Assembly: GCA_040954595.2 (NCBI GenBank)
Contig: CM082578.2
Span: 2,586,831-2,650,830, forward strand
Length of the DNA: 64,000 bases
Source: Balanoglossus misakiensis
Taxonomy: Eukaryota > Animalia > Hemichordata
Reading direction: 5' to 3'
Under the pieces are notes generated by a model. It ran no database searches. It was given only the letters and a program-made list of their open reading frames with translations, and had not been told where the DNA came from. A program made the translations under genes and the position numbers. Positions 12,578 through 26,178 of this stretch are shown one piece after another. How positions within the stretch are numbered: position 1 is the first letter of the stretch; each line of letters begins with the position of its first letter.

Positions 12578-14013
12578 ATGATTTTTTAAGCTGTCAAATA
12601 AATTCTTCAGATTATAACTGATACTTACATCGGCTGTAATTTTTCGCTGTTTTCAGTACTTTTGTTTTGTGTATGTACTGCAGTTTCATGTTCAAATGCC
12701 CAAAGCACGATGAAATGCTCAGCATTTAGATTATCAACACAACCTACATGTGTATAGTCAGCATTATTATTGTGCAAAATTTGAATTCATGTCCGGACCA
12801 GAACTCATTTGTCAACGATAACAATGGCTGTTACACACATAAAGGCTATGTTTTGAGTTGAACAAGAAATTGGATTTGGTAAACAGAACAAATATACTGA
12901 AATTAAAGCCAAAGTTACAGCTAATGCCCCTTTAATTTGATTTTCTCATCATTTTGCAGGAGATAGTTCCTTTGATTGTTTGCTGAGTGCCTGGTTTCCA
13001 GACAACTCACCGTGTCCGTCAGCATTTCTGGTGGACACCTCAGAAGAAGCTCTCCTTCTGCCGGATTGGTTGAAGCTGAGAATGATCCGCTCCAATGTTC
13101 CCAGACTTGTGGATGCTGGTAGGTTGCCATAGCAATAATGTGTCAATTTCTGTACGATTTTAGATTTACAGTTTTGTAAATCGTCAAAAGACACTTGATT
13201 CTGTGTTGAAGCCAACAAAAACCACATCTAGTGCACGCTAACAATAATGTTGCTGAAACAGACCCAGCTGCTAATGGGCCTACTCTAGATGTATGTCCGG
13301 TCACTGATACCAGACTTTGTGTATTACATGTAGTGGGACGTTCTGTTTTGGTTGGTCTCCATACGCAACATTTTAGTTTGTACGCAATTTTCCACAGCTT
13401 ATTTGTACAGTGTATGCAACTAGAAAAAAAACTAACGGAAACATTGCCCTCTCAAATATAACACACCACTGACGCAGTGCAACTGTAAAGTACATGAAGT
13501 TTTATGAAATTAACTTGGTTAGACTAGAAGACATCACCACGTTCTCATAATGACTCCAGCAACCCAGAAGTTTTTTGTGAAGAGGTGCAGTGTTTGTCAT
13601 GGCCTGATCGGTTGCTCTGCAGTTGCACCATTTACATTTGATTTTTCATGGAAATATCTGCCAATCTGTGTTTCAACTCAACTTGGAACCTTTTTCTCAC
13701 CAAACTTTCTTTTCATCCTAAATCCGTCTGACTTTTAGCCCTGGAAGACTTGGAACCAGCTCAGTTGGTCTTGTTTGTGCAGTCCTTTGGTATACCAGTT
13801 AACAGCATGTGGTATGAATTAGTCTTCATCAAAGCTACCGTACATCCCAATTTCCATACTCGGTTTAAATTACAACTTTAGAAATTTACTCTTTGGTGTT
13901 GTGGGTTTCATCTCTCTTGGTTGCGCTTTTCACCAGCCCCCAAAGAAGCTCCATGATTTTTTTTCTTTTTATAAAATCTTTAATTCAGCAATTGCAGAGT
14001 ATACAGGATTATG

Positions 14014-17000
14014 TTACACATACTTCATGAAATTTACAATAGTTATATCATTTTTTACATAGTTTATATAATACAGCTCTTCAGTAAGAAATTTCCTCAT
14101 ATTTTGCTGTTTTAGTATCCTTGCTTTGTATACCGCAAAGGTGCTCAACATTATGATTAGGTTCAAAGGTTCGAGCTTGGGTAGCTCTAGATAGTAACCA
14201 TAGATTACATGCTTCCAAGATAAGCTGAGCTGAGTGTTGTATGAACTATTAAGGGCTCGAGTAACAGTGGCCCAGAAATGTGTTACATTTTTACAATCAA
14301 AAAGAAAATGCTTACAATCTTCAAATACATTACATACTTCACACAATGGAGAGGCTTCTCTCTTCCATTTAAATAAATTCACTTTGTGTGGAAGTTTATC
14401 ATACAATAAAAATAAATTGAATTGAGCAATCTTTTTAATCTGTATTTTTTTCACTTTGATTGCCCATATCATACTCCAGTTCGGATAAACACCGATCTTG
14501 TTTTCCCACACCTTTGTCGCATATGATTTTTCTACATACTTATTTACCAGATTCCAATAGAAATCTTTACAGCAAAAAGTAAAAACGTCTGTATATTTTC
14601 CCTGATGATTTTTTTTCATTATAGCTTTTCTTTGTTGAGTAACTATTAACTCATTTCTTACATTTCTCATACACTGCTTCCATTGATCTGGAATAGCTTT
14701 TTTTAAAATCATGTACTGGGTGATCCAGTTTCTTTTTTTCTGTAGCTTGTTTAAAAGACAGTGCTGATCAATGAAATTACCATTAACAAATAAGTCGGCT
14801 ATATGAATAAATCCAGCCTCGATCCACTCAGTGAAAAATAAAGGATGGTTATTTACCGTTATATTACAATTCCCCCAAATTATTTGTTCTCCCACCTTAT
14901 TGGGATTTAAATCTATACGTTGCCCGCTTTGCACAACCTCGTTCCAAATCTTTAAAATAGACGAATAAAAACTTGGCAGACCTTTCGTGACATAACATAT
15001 GCCTGTGTTATTTAGGTTGTACGTAAATATACGCTTGGTCCCCCCAAACTTTTCCAGGTGGTAATCGATGACTATCTTCCATGTCTGGTTATCACTGTTT
15101 ACAAGTCTTGATACCCATCCACACATCAGAGCTTTTACAGTCGAACTTACATCAAGCATCTCTATACCTCCATTTTCAATCTTATTAATGATAATACTCT
15201 TTCGAATTTTTCTTTTTTTCCCACTCCATAAAAAGTTGTAGAAAAGCTTGTTTAGTCGCACTATCACATCTTTTGGTGTTACAATCATAGAGACTAGGTA
15301 GACAATTTTAGAAAACGCAAGACTCTTCAGAATGGTTAGTTTACCAAAGACGCTCAAATATCTTTTCTTCCAACTATCTAATAATTTCTCAATTTTTTCT
15401 AATTTTTTGTCCCAATTTAAAATTTTCAACTCTTTCTTGTTGTGGCCAAAGTAAACCCCCAAAGCCTTAATGGCTTTATTAGACCATGGAATAAGGCCGA
15501 TATTATCCTTCCTTTTCCAGGACCCTAGCTTCAACCCTTCTGTTTTTTCTCTATTCAATTTTAAGCCAGAGTACTTTCCATATTGGTCAATAATATTCAG
15601 TACTCGGGCCAAAGATTTTACATTCTCGATGTACACTTGGGTATCATCCGCCAATTGAGTGATTTTTATGATCTTATTCCCCACTTTAAAACCAATATTA
15701 TTCTCATTGCGGATAACCTGGGCAAGTAACTCTGCAACTATGATGAAAAGTAGAGCTGACAATGGACAACCCTGCCGTATACCTCTTTGTAATGCAAATG
15801 GAGAGGTTATCCAACCGTTGTTGGTAACTGCACTCCTACAATCGGTGTAGATTGTTTTAATCCAGGTGATAAATGAATTACCAAACCCGAACTTTTCCAG
15901 CGCTACAAACATAAATTTGTGTTCTACCATGTCAAAAGCTTTACAAAAGTCTAAGAATATGATGGCCCCTCCTTTATTCCTTTTCTCAGCAAAATCAATC
16001 AAGTCTTCAATCAGACGGACATTTTGACCACTATACCGACCTTTGATGTATCCCACTTGATCTGTGTTAATAATTGTGGGAATAACCTTCTTTAGTCTAT
16101 TTGCAAGTACGCATGACAGAATTTTGTAGTCGTGATTTAACAATGAAATGGGTCTCCAATTCTTCAAATCGAGTCTTGTGTCTTTTTTGTGTATAAGCGT
16201 GATGACACTTTCATGCTGCGTGATAGCAAGCTTCCCTTCGTCAAAACCCTCATTAAAAGAGTCAATAACAAGATTCTTCAAGCTGTCCCAGAACATACGA
16301 TAAAATTCTATGGGAATACCATCCAACCCAGGTGTTTTATTACTTTTCATATGCCAAATAGCTTTTGTGCATTCCTCTTCCGTTATACTACCTTCCATCT
16401 TTTATGTAAGATTACCTGTTAAATTAGAGTTTGTGCTAATGTTATTAATATAATGTCTTATATCATTTTCGTTCACCCCTGTTGTCGTATACAGATCACT
16501 ATAAAAATCTCTCTGTGCATTAAGGATATCTTCTGTTTTTGTTAAAATTCTACCATTTACACAAAGTTTTGTGATCTGCTTGTCCCTGTATCTCTTCCTC
16601 TCCAACCCCAGGAAGTATCTGCTGTTTCTTTCACCCTCTTCTTACCATTTTATTCTTGATCTTATCTGCACCCCCCGTAACCTGTGTATATAAATTTGGT
16701 TAAGCTGGTTCTTTTTGCTTTCGTATTCTTTAATCATGTCTTTGTCCCTGTTAGGGGAGTTTAACAACTTACTTTCTAAATTCATGATCTCATTTTCTAA
16801 AATCTTCAGCCTAGATTTTCTTTTCCTTTCCTTATCTTTTGCATATTTCATGCTAACTTCTTTAACTTTTATTTTTAGAATATCCCATAAGTTTCTTTTG
16901 TGGCCATTACTATTACAATACTTCAATGTGTCAGTAATCACTGCCTTAATTATGCATTTATACTCTTCGTCCTTAAGCAAACTGGTATTTAGCTTCCAAT

Positions 17001-17737
17001 AGCCGGGACCCCTTTCAGAATCTTTGAAACCTATTTTTAGCGAAACAGCATTGTGATCTGTTCTAACAGTGGGCCTTATGTCAGCGGAATGAACGCTGGC
17101 AAGAAGCTGCTTTGAAATCAGCCAAAAATCTATTCTACTTGCTAGACCCAATGTAACCTGTCGCCAGGTGTATTGTAGCGTATCAGGATGCAGTGTTCTC
17201 CAAACATCACACAGCGTAAAAGACTTAGTGAGGTTACAAAGTTTTTTAGACCGCACATAATAGCTCTTAACCCCACGTCTATCAATATTGACATCGAAAA
17301 CAGTATTGAAGTCCCCACCAATAAGGATATAACCTTCGGGTGAAGCGTTTTTGTGTACGAAGCTTTTCAGAGAAGTCAGGAACGCTTCTCTTTTCGCTAT
17401 GGACATTCGGTGCGTACACATTTACAATTGTGAACACTTCATCATCAATCTCGACAACGACGAGCAATTTTCTGCCATCATATGAACACTTAGTATGCCT
17501 TATTGTACAGTTTAGACGCTTGTCAAACAGAATTGTGACTCCTTTACTGTGGTTGGTACCAAAGGAGTTGGCAATGTGCCCTTTCCATTCAAAACTGATT
17601 TGAGTGGAGAGTTTTTCGTCCCAGTATGTCTCTTGCAACAGTACAATGTCTGCTTTTTGTTCTCTTGTCCATTTGAAAACCTGTTTCCGTTTTTGTGACT
17701 CTCTCAGTCCTCTGCAGTTCAGAGACAGAAAATGCAT
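14014..17737 (-). pseudogene. LINE ORF2: APE endonuclease + reverse transcriptase + C-terminal zinc-binding motif
   Basis: APE motifs LSLNCRGL, LLQET, NVYAPN, GGDFN, RIDFW, TDHN. RT motifs WRPISLLN, GIRQGCPLS, QLADD. C-terminal CEVC...HFLFDC. Disrupted by a frameshift near 17400 and in-frame stops at 16642 and 16402. Confidence 0.95.
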
Positions 17738-17814
17738 AAAGTGATATATCTAAATCTGAACGCAAGTAAGAAAACTATAGTTTAAGAGCTTACAGGAAGA
17801 AACAGTCTGCATTC

Positions 17815-18616
17815 TCATCTTCTTCTTTGCCCTTGGACCTTCTTTCTTTTCTTCGCTGCTTTCTTCGCTTTGGTCTTCGCTACCATCGCTTTCCTAAACG
17901 CGTCTGACGCCGCCGAATCTTCTTCCAAATCTTCCGTCTCTTCGTCCGACAGCAACGTTGAAGACATGTCTGTTGACGTACTGACGTGTTTGCGCTTTGT
18001 GTCACTGGGCGTGGCAGTAACCGTTGACGGTACAGATGTCCGGGACTCGGCTACGTAATCGGTGATCTTTTGCTGCTTGGCCTGGTGTGGTACCTCGGAT
18101 GCCTTCGACGGAATACTTTGCCTCGATTTCACACTTTCTGTTGCAACTGTCGCAGCAGCTGGATTCTCTGTGTGTGCAGCATTGTCGGCCTGTACGTCAC
18201 TGTCTTGACTGATTGTCACCTCTTTCGTATGTAAATAGCTCCAATTATGCATACTTGTGCAGTTGGCGCGAATGTGTCCACTCTTCTTACAAAGCCTGCA
18301 TACCACCTGATTGCTGCAATCTGACTTCAGGTGGCCTTGCTGGAGACAGTTGAAGCAAAATGACTTGCCATAACTATCCATCTGGGTGTTAGCTTCTTCC
18401 TTCCTTTCTCTATACAAGAGGTTGCAAATAAAGCCATCTATTTTTATTTGCCAGTCCGGCGGGGTTGGTTGACTAAGTTTGTTGACAAAGACAAAGCGGT
18501 CTCCATTATCAATATTCGTCAATTTCCCGTCGATTCGCCATTTCGCTTTCACTATTGATCTCACCTGTATACCAATTTCCTTGAGTTTCTGTCTTATGAC
18601 TTCGTCACTCACTGAC
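17815..18616 (-). CDS. LINE ORF1 (gag-like, two CCHC zinc knuckles), N-terminally truncated
   Basis: CFNCLQQGHLKSDC and CRLCKKSGHIRANC knuckles, GDRFVF motif and a basic C-terminus. The predicted start lies outside the TSD. Confidence 0.88.
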
Positions 18617-19085
18617 AAGCTCCATGATGGCAAGACTATCAAAGATAGTAAACACAAATTGCCTGGAAGTGTATGGTATAATTAAATCATACCACAAACC
18701 TCGTACTGAAGTCATTTGGCCCACAAGCAGACATACTGCCCAAAATGTCCCAATGTGTCACATTGGCTCTCTATCATGATAATACATGTAATGCCATATT
18801 TTCAAAATCATTTTTCAAAATCGTTAATACACATGTAACACTACTGTTTCTTTTCACAGCAAACTATTGCAGCATCTCGACATGGCCTGCAGACAAGATC
18901 TGTACAGTATGGAACAGGCTGTAGTTAACAAGGGATACATGGCTCAGTTAGTGGAAGTTCAACAGATGAGAGGAGCAGAAGGTGGAAATAAATTTCACGC
19001 TATGCTGCAGTCATTCCTGGAGAAAGACAACAAAGGTACTGGTAGTATTTGTGGAGTAAAATAGTGTCAGAAAAGTTAAGTCATA

Positions 19086-19210
19086 CAGTGTTTTTGTCAA
19101 GGGAGGTACCCTGGTAAATGTTACTAAGGTTCCCCTTGGTATATCAATGGAGTCAAAATAGTAGGTAGCAGAAACATTACCAGTGTTCCCTGTCCTTAGC
19201 AAAAACACTG
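19086..19210. mobile_element. Small hAT-like MITE with 6-bp TSD
   Basis: TIR CAGTGTTTTTG. TSD GTCATA at 19080-19085 and 19211-19216. A related copy in the opposite orientation lies at 55690-55832. Confidence 0.8.
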
Positions 19211-20682
19211 GTCATACATATAGCATTCTTCAACTTTGAAAATTATAAGCATTTTTTATATTTGTATGTTACTGTTTCTTTTTTCTCTCTCAAAATGTTT
19301 CTCTGAATGCTCATGAAATTCATGTTACTATTAAAATGCTGCTGATATCTCGAACATTTATTACCTGTCTGAACAAAATAAATTTGCCAGATTTTTGCTC
19401 ATGTTGTCTTTGTTGAATTGATTGCGGAAGTGGTTGGAAGTGGTCAGTTACCCATGAAATGACGGCCATACGCATATATGTAAAAACAAAAATTTCCTGG
19501 TTTACACTATTTACTAATTCTGCTGTTTTAGTAACCATGGTGTTGCTTACTGAGATACACACTGAATTTTTTGGATGTTAAAGCGCAAATCACTACCTGT
19601 GGATGTTCAGAATATGAATGACTTGATGGTCAACAGATGTCATTGAAGTTTGACCTTCAAACGATGAGAGTACAGGTCTATATGCAGAGTATTACAGAAC
19701 TTTTGTGTTTGGTTTTTATGTTTCCTCAGATTTCATTTCAAAAGATTATCCATACAGCTGAAGTGAATGCCATTAAGAAAGTAAATAATATTTCATGTTT
19801 TTTTTTGCAGATGAGGAAAGGAAGAAGAGAAAAGTGAGGCAATGCAGGTAGATGAAAAGAAAGATGTTGGATCCAAGATGGATGCAGGAAAAGTCATTGT
19901 AGACAGTCAAGAGTCAGCCAAGTTGATCTTACTGAAAGTAAGTTGGCTGTAGATATTAAGTCGACCTATTGAGTTGTCCTTTTCCAAGTGGCATCTCAGT
20001 AAATCATGGTTTCTCAGTCAATCAGTGAGTACAGTATGGCTACTTCTGTAGTCACCTCAAGTACAAGTTGCAAGGCTTCTCACAAGGTCATGATCGTTGA
20101 CAGGTTGTCATACTCATGGTTTCTCAGTCAAATCAAGGCCAAGGGGTAAAGTATGGGCTCCCTCTATAGTCACCTCTCACTGCAAGGCTTCTTACCAGGT
20201 CGTGTTCTTTTGAACTACATGTAAATCACAATTGATCATGTCTCATGTTAAAGACAATCAAAAGCTGATCTTTAGTCATCTGACTTGGGCAACTCTCCAA
20301 CACCTCAGGCTGGGTAATTTAACAGTAATGTTGTTCTTATCATAAGTTTTGTGGTAGTTATGGCCAGAAACCTCTCTTTACCATGACTTTTTTCCAATGC
20401 TAAAGGAACTTCAGACTCTAAACCAACCACTTCTACAAACCGAACAGTTTTCTGTGCTGTTTTGCTACCTGCTTTTAATGCGAGTTGTTGAGAGGTTTCA
20501 CAATATCATCGCTAATGAGTGTGTGATTTCTTCTCCTTTGATTATATTTACAGCTATTCAGTATTGGTGAGCACAAAGTGAGTGCATCAACAGAAAGACA
20601 ATATCTGAGAGGAATACAGTTGGTATGTAATATTTTATCTGAAAACAATTACACTTTCCAGAAGAAATATGATATGTTTTAA

Positions 20683-20869
20683 AGGTATATTGTCACTTAT
20701 GGAAAATTAGCTATAGTTACCATGACAAATTGAGATCTAGCCAATCACAGACTTTCACAGTGGGTGGCACAAGCGAAATAAAGAGCTCCACCATATGTTC
20801 TTTAGAACGCTCAAATACTCCATTTCAGCCTTATATGGTCGTATGTAAATTGGAGGTGACTGTATACCT
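20683..20869. mobile_element. Kolobok-type MITE (about 185 bp), copy 1 of 3
   Basis: TTAA-AGGTATA...TATACCT-TTAA. Homologous copies at 22590-22772 and 55075-55256. Confidence 0.85.
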
Positions 20870-22589
20870 TTAAGGCAACTTTATCATTTCTTGAGAAAAT
20901 TATGAACTATACTTTGTAAAGGCCGACAGATTTCTCAGTGACCGGCCAGGTTTCCTAATAAATGATATTGATTTTTTATTATCATTTCTCACACAGACAC
21001 TGTCCAGGGAGATCTCCAGGCTGAAATCATTTGATTCATCAGAGAACTCTGGCGACCACATCATTCTGGCAATGCAAGAAATCCTAACATCAAGTGACGA
21101 GAGTCAGTTTATTTACAGTCTACACAGAAAACATCATTTGTCATGTCCATTGTTCAGTTTGCTTCACCAAAGACAGGTAATTGTTTGCATTGCATGTCAC
21201 TTTTATAGTTACATTACTTACCTTCAAATATAGTTTTGTACATTCAAGAATTTGAATTCAGTTTGAGTTTCTCAAGTCAGTAAGCATTAAATGTAACTCC
21301 ATATATAGTATTGGAAAAGTTGAAGTTCAATTTGAGTTTCCTGTGCAAGTTTTGTAAATTTTCAGCTTCCAAAAATTATTCCTCAAATTATGAGACATTT
21401 ACAGGGGAATATATATAATAAGTTGACATGTTTACTAAAATATCCTCATAGATTTGTGACTTTGTACAGAATAGATATTTATGAGACTAAGACTTTGGTG
21501 GTACATGTATTATTGTCTATATTTCTGAGTCAAATTAGTGTGTGTTAAGTTACTTTGCAATTTTAATTTGCTTCTTTATATCACAATTTGAATTTTTTTC
21601 TTTATATCATTTAGAAATATCTTGAAAAGAAGAAAGATATGATGAGATTTGTCCAGCTGGTGTCTGCAATTTTGAGGGTCTGAAAGTCTGTAAACAGTGT
21701 GTTTACAAAACTTCTCAACCAGTATGAAAAAGTCAACAGACAACAAGGTGAGCTATTTATTTCATTTACTTCAAGCATTCAAAAACCATACACAAACTGT
21801 TACTTGAGCATTTTCACTAAATCACACAGGATAGATAGAAATTTACTTCGCAGAATGAATTTATTCCTTGATATCAAATGAAGTCAGACGCAGTCAAACA
21901 CAGATACATTGGCATTCGATTTTCCACATGACGGGCAACTTCAGCTACAGACAAAACGCCATGAGGCTGATGAGGCACCATGCTTGATACATGTTACGTG
22001 TCTGGCGGTTTTAAAGAATAAAAATACTCAGAAAAACTTTTACTAGATGCCGAAATATTGCTTGCCCGTCACCTGGAAATGACAATGCCATGGGTCACAT
22101 GGCCAGATCACATGATTGATAGTAAAGAATTCTTAACTGGATTCGTACACTACTGGAACTTCCTGGAATTTCCTTGAATTTGAAACCCCCCTTTGAACGC
22201 CATTAACCATTTCTGGTATCATGTCCAAATGTCCTCCCTTTATGTAGGGATGTATATCTAAATTCCAGTCTTACATCTTCCTTCCAGCAAAGTCCCTGAG
22301 CAGCGAGAAAAGTCCCCTCAAAGCCAGTGGAGGCAACTTGGATGAAGTGAGTGAAATCATTGAAGCCGTCTCAGAGGGACGGATGGCAGTAGATAGAGAC
22401 ATGTTACAAAAAGGTAAAGTCTGCATTTTTAACACGCCTGAACCCTTTCACTGCCATGGTTCAGTCCAAACCCATTGTTTTCTATGGTATGGTTGGAGGG
22501 AAATGGGGGTGAAAGGGCTGAGCTATTGGATAGTCTCACCAAACAAACAGAAACATGAGAAGTGGAATAAGAAGGAACGGACCCATTAA

Positions 22590-22772
22590 AGGTATATGGT
22601 CACCTGTGCAAATTTAGCTGCAGCTACCATGGCAAATTGAGATCTAACCAATCACAGATTTTCAGGGGTGGCACACGCTAAAAAAGAGCGCCACCATTTG
22701 TTCTTTAGAACACTCAGATACGCCATTTTTGCCATTTATGGACATGTGTTTATTGGAAGTGACCGTGTACCT
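22590..22772. mobile_element. Kolobok-type MITE, copy 2
   Basis: Similar along its full length to 20683-20869. Confidence 0.8.
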
Positions 22773-25700
22773 TCAATTATATAGGTCCACAATTTTGGTA
22801 TTGTAATTCATCCAAAAATCTTATGATGACATCATCTTGTTAATGATACATTTGATGATTGGTGAATTGCGTTTGACTTTCCACCATTTTGCACAATTGG
22901 CAGTGTATCACCAGCTGACAGGCACCAATTCCAGCCAACTAGAAGAGTTTCTGAATAAAGCCTTATCTGTTGCTATGCAAGTGCCAACAAAATCATCCAG
23001 CACCAGTGAAGCATTGAGTGAGTTGCTGTTACAAGAGCAGTCCAGATTGATTAACAAGTAAGTACAAGTTTATCTCAAGACGCATCTGTCTGGTAGCTTT
23101 GAGTTTGGGGTTTTATGTTCCTGGGATCACCTTGTCCATATTTTGTTTTAATAAAGATCAAAATGGGTAGTTTTGTACTTGCAGGACATCTTATCATAAT
23201 CAAAAAATGTATATTTATAACCGTATGCCTGCTTTGATCTTAAAAGGGACAAAGTCTCTCTCTCGCTGCCCTTTTTCCATTATTTATGTTTGATACAAGA
23301 CACCGTGTACCGGGTACATGTGTGTATGTATAGTGAATAAACGTTCAACCACACACAACTTCCATCCTGTTTGTAGGATATGAGAGTAAAAATCTCACCC
23401 CAATGACTAAACAGTAGAGACTTTGTCCCTTTAATGTGTAGATCTCTGAAAGATATTTACCATACACTGGTATGTTATATCAGAGATGACATATCAGACC
23501 TTTATTCATCACTCAGCTATGTAGCAAAAACCTATTTCAGGTACATTGTAGTTAGAATTCCATCAGTATGATTGTTTTATACCCTTTACTCAACTTATTG
23601 TATATTTCTCTGCTGTTATACATTGTTACAGATGCGAATTACGCTGGTCAACGGCAGGGCTGCTTATTGATTGGCTGGAGCTCCTGGACCCTGAGATTGT
23701 GCAAAGTTGCCCTCAACTGCAACACCAGTTACTCTTTGTCAAGACGCACAAACCCAGAACAGAGGGCAAAGTTCAAAGTTCATGCAGTGCTTATTTGCTG
23801 GCACTGTTGAGCCACCAGAGTAATTGGCAGACTTTGCATAAATGTATCGATTGGTTACTCAAACCAAGGACAGACTCAACCAGGTGAGAAATTCTATCAT
23901 ACTTCTTCAGGTTGATCTTTGTACACAAAACATCTGGTGAATATCTGAAAATCACTAATGCTTCATGTGTAGAATGAATTGCCAACATATCAGACTTAGT
24001 GCTTAATGTAATGTAGAATTTCAATATAAAGTCAAACCTAGAATTTCTTTCACATTTTAGTCACGTACTATGTTTTCACAAAACTAATTAAAAATATTTC
24101 CTCATTTCAGCATTGACTCAACTGCAGCTCTAGACTTCCTGTGGGCATGCATACACATTCCAAAACTCTGGCAGGGCAGAGATACCAAAACACCAAAGGT
24201 AAGAAAATACTAGCTGCATAATTTTATTAGCTAATTGTAGTTTTTCGCCCTTCCAAAACATGGTGTCATTTCCAAGCAGACGACAAGAACGAGGCAAGTA
24301 TGTCACAGAGTACTGCTTGAGCTTGTCTGGTTTGTTGTTTTTATGATCCAAGTTGCGTGAAAAAATTACCTTACACTAAAATGTGGCTGTCGCATGTCGG
24401 TCCAAACTAAAGCGATGATACTCAACAGAATAATTTGTTTACTCTGTGAATAAAAAAAGCCATAATCATATTCGAGCTGACAAAATCTCTCTGAAGTTTA
24501 CAGAAACCAGAGAGTGCAAATAACTTGTGACACCTGCTTGTGTACTCACATCACAAATGTGCTACATTTACAGAAACGTACAGAAGAAGTTATCTTCAAT
24601 CTCTCTGCAAAAGAAGTATGTACATTGACTGACTTCATCCTTGCTGAGCTGGACAACACTTCAAACGACAAGACATCCCTCACCGTAGAAGTCAGAATTC
24701 CCCTTCTGATGAATTATTGTCATGGCAACAAACCAGTCATGAGGGATGTAGTCAATCATCTGTTCTCTAAAATTAACATGAATGGGTAAGAATTTTACAA
24801 ACATCATCTTTAAAAATGTAAAATTGTTTATCACCTTATGCCATTTCCACATGTGTGTTTTTTTTTTTGTAACTAGTCTCTTGGTTTGGCACATGTGCAT
24901 AAGGTGATCATCACCCTTTTTAATTTGCTGCAATGTATTCCTTCCAAATGACAGCTTTAAATGATGTTGACTTACTACCAATACTTATTAGACCATGAGC
25001 CAGTAGGGGTTTACCCCCCCCCCCCCCCCCAATTTTTGAGACAATGTTTTTCTGAAAGCCTATCATATACTGAGTAAAATTCACTTTGTTTGCCATCTGG
25101 GCACCGGGGCGTTTTCGAGTTATTGGCTTCTAAATTATATTGGGTAACGTATGTAGAAAAGCCTAAAAGTGCATATAAATTGACGTAGGGGGTAAATTAG
25201 TCTTGTAAAATACTGTCTCTCTGAATGTATACCTAGAACAACAGGGAAGTATTTGGTATCAAAAGAAAGCTTAATAAACAAGCTTTCCATTAATTACAAA
25301 ATAAAAGTGATATGACAAATCATGACATCATAGTGACGTCATAAGTCAAAATACCCTTACGAAAATGGTGTTCTGTTCACCTATAAATGTGAGGTTTTGC
25401 AAAACACGTCTCTGAGCAATTGTACTGATGAAAACTGTGATGTGTTTGATATCAACAGAAAGCTGATTGAGTAAAGTATCTAATTATTGCAAAAAAATGA
25501 TATAATAATCAATTACGTCATCATTACGTCATACTTCCAAGTACCCTTACCAATTAGTGACTATGATGACAAGTTATTACCCTAGGAGATAGGTGCCTTT
25601 AAATTAAAAAAAAATGGTAAGGAAGGTTTGTGAAGTCCATTCTATGTAAAAAATGGTGCTGATTCCAAAAAAGTCAGTCTTATTGACCCAACCCAAGACA

Positions 25701-26178
25701 AAATTGCCATTTTGGCACTTTTTAACCCAAAAAGGTCATTTTTAGAAAACACTAAAAACACACTGTTTCGTCACACTGGAAGATCTGATGACATATGATA
25801 TGCCTATTCTATGTAAAATTTGCACAGGGGATGGAACCATTTAAATAAGGGAATAGTAATTTCAGAGGTATTGTTAAATGAAATCGGAAACAGGACGAAT
25901 CATGGCAACTTTATGAATACAACCATAGCAAAATTGTAATTAAAGTTGCCAAAGTCTATCATATGGATAAAAAAGACCAACTATTTAAATGAATTTTGTT
26001 CGAACTTTCGAGCCCCTCCTGCTCAAAATTGACCCACCCCTGCAATGTTATCGACTCTCATGTCGCATCGCAGCAGTGTAGTGAGCAAAACTTATAATTA
26101 TCAGATCAATTCGAAACTTTGGAAAGTGAACAAGTTTTGTTTCTCTGTGCTGCAAACTTATTTTGCCAACCGCCAACC

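Larger units (their letters stand above)
13958..18616 (-). mobile_element. Tx1/L1-clade non-LTR retrotransposon, 5'-truncated and inactive
   Basis: ORF1 and ORF2 on the minus strand, with an A-rich tail at about 13958-13970. 12-bp TSD AAGCTCCATGAT at 13946-13957 and 18617-18628. Confidence 0.95.

Noticed and set aside
21681-21683. In-frame TGA as possible selenocysteine or readthrough in INTS1
   Set aside because: The same gene has a TAA stop, frameshifts, a dead donor and a transposon in an exon, so pseudogene decay explains it.
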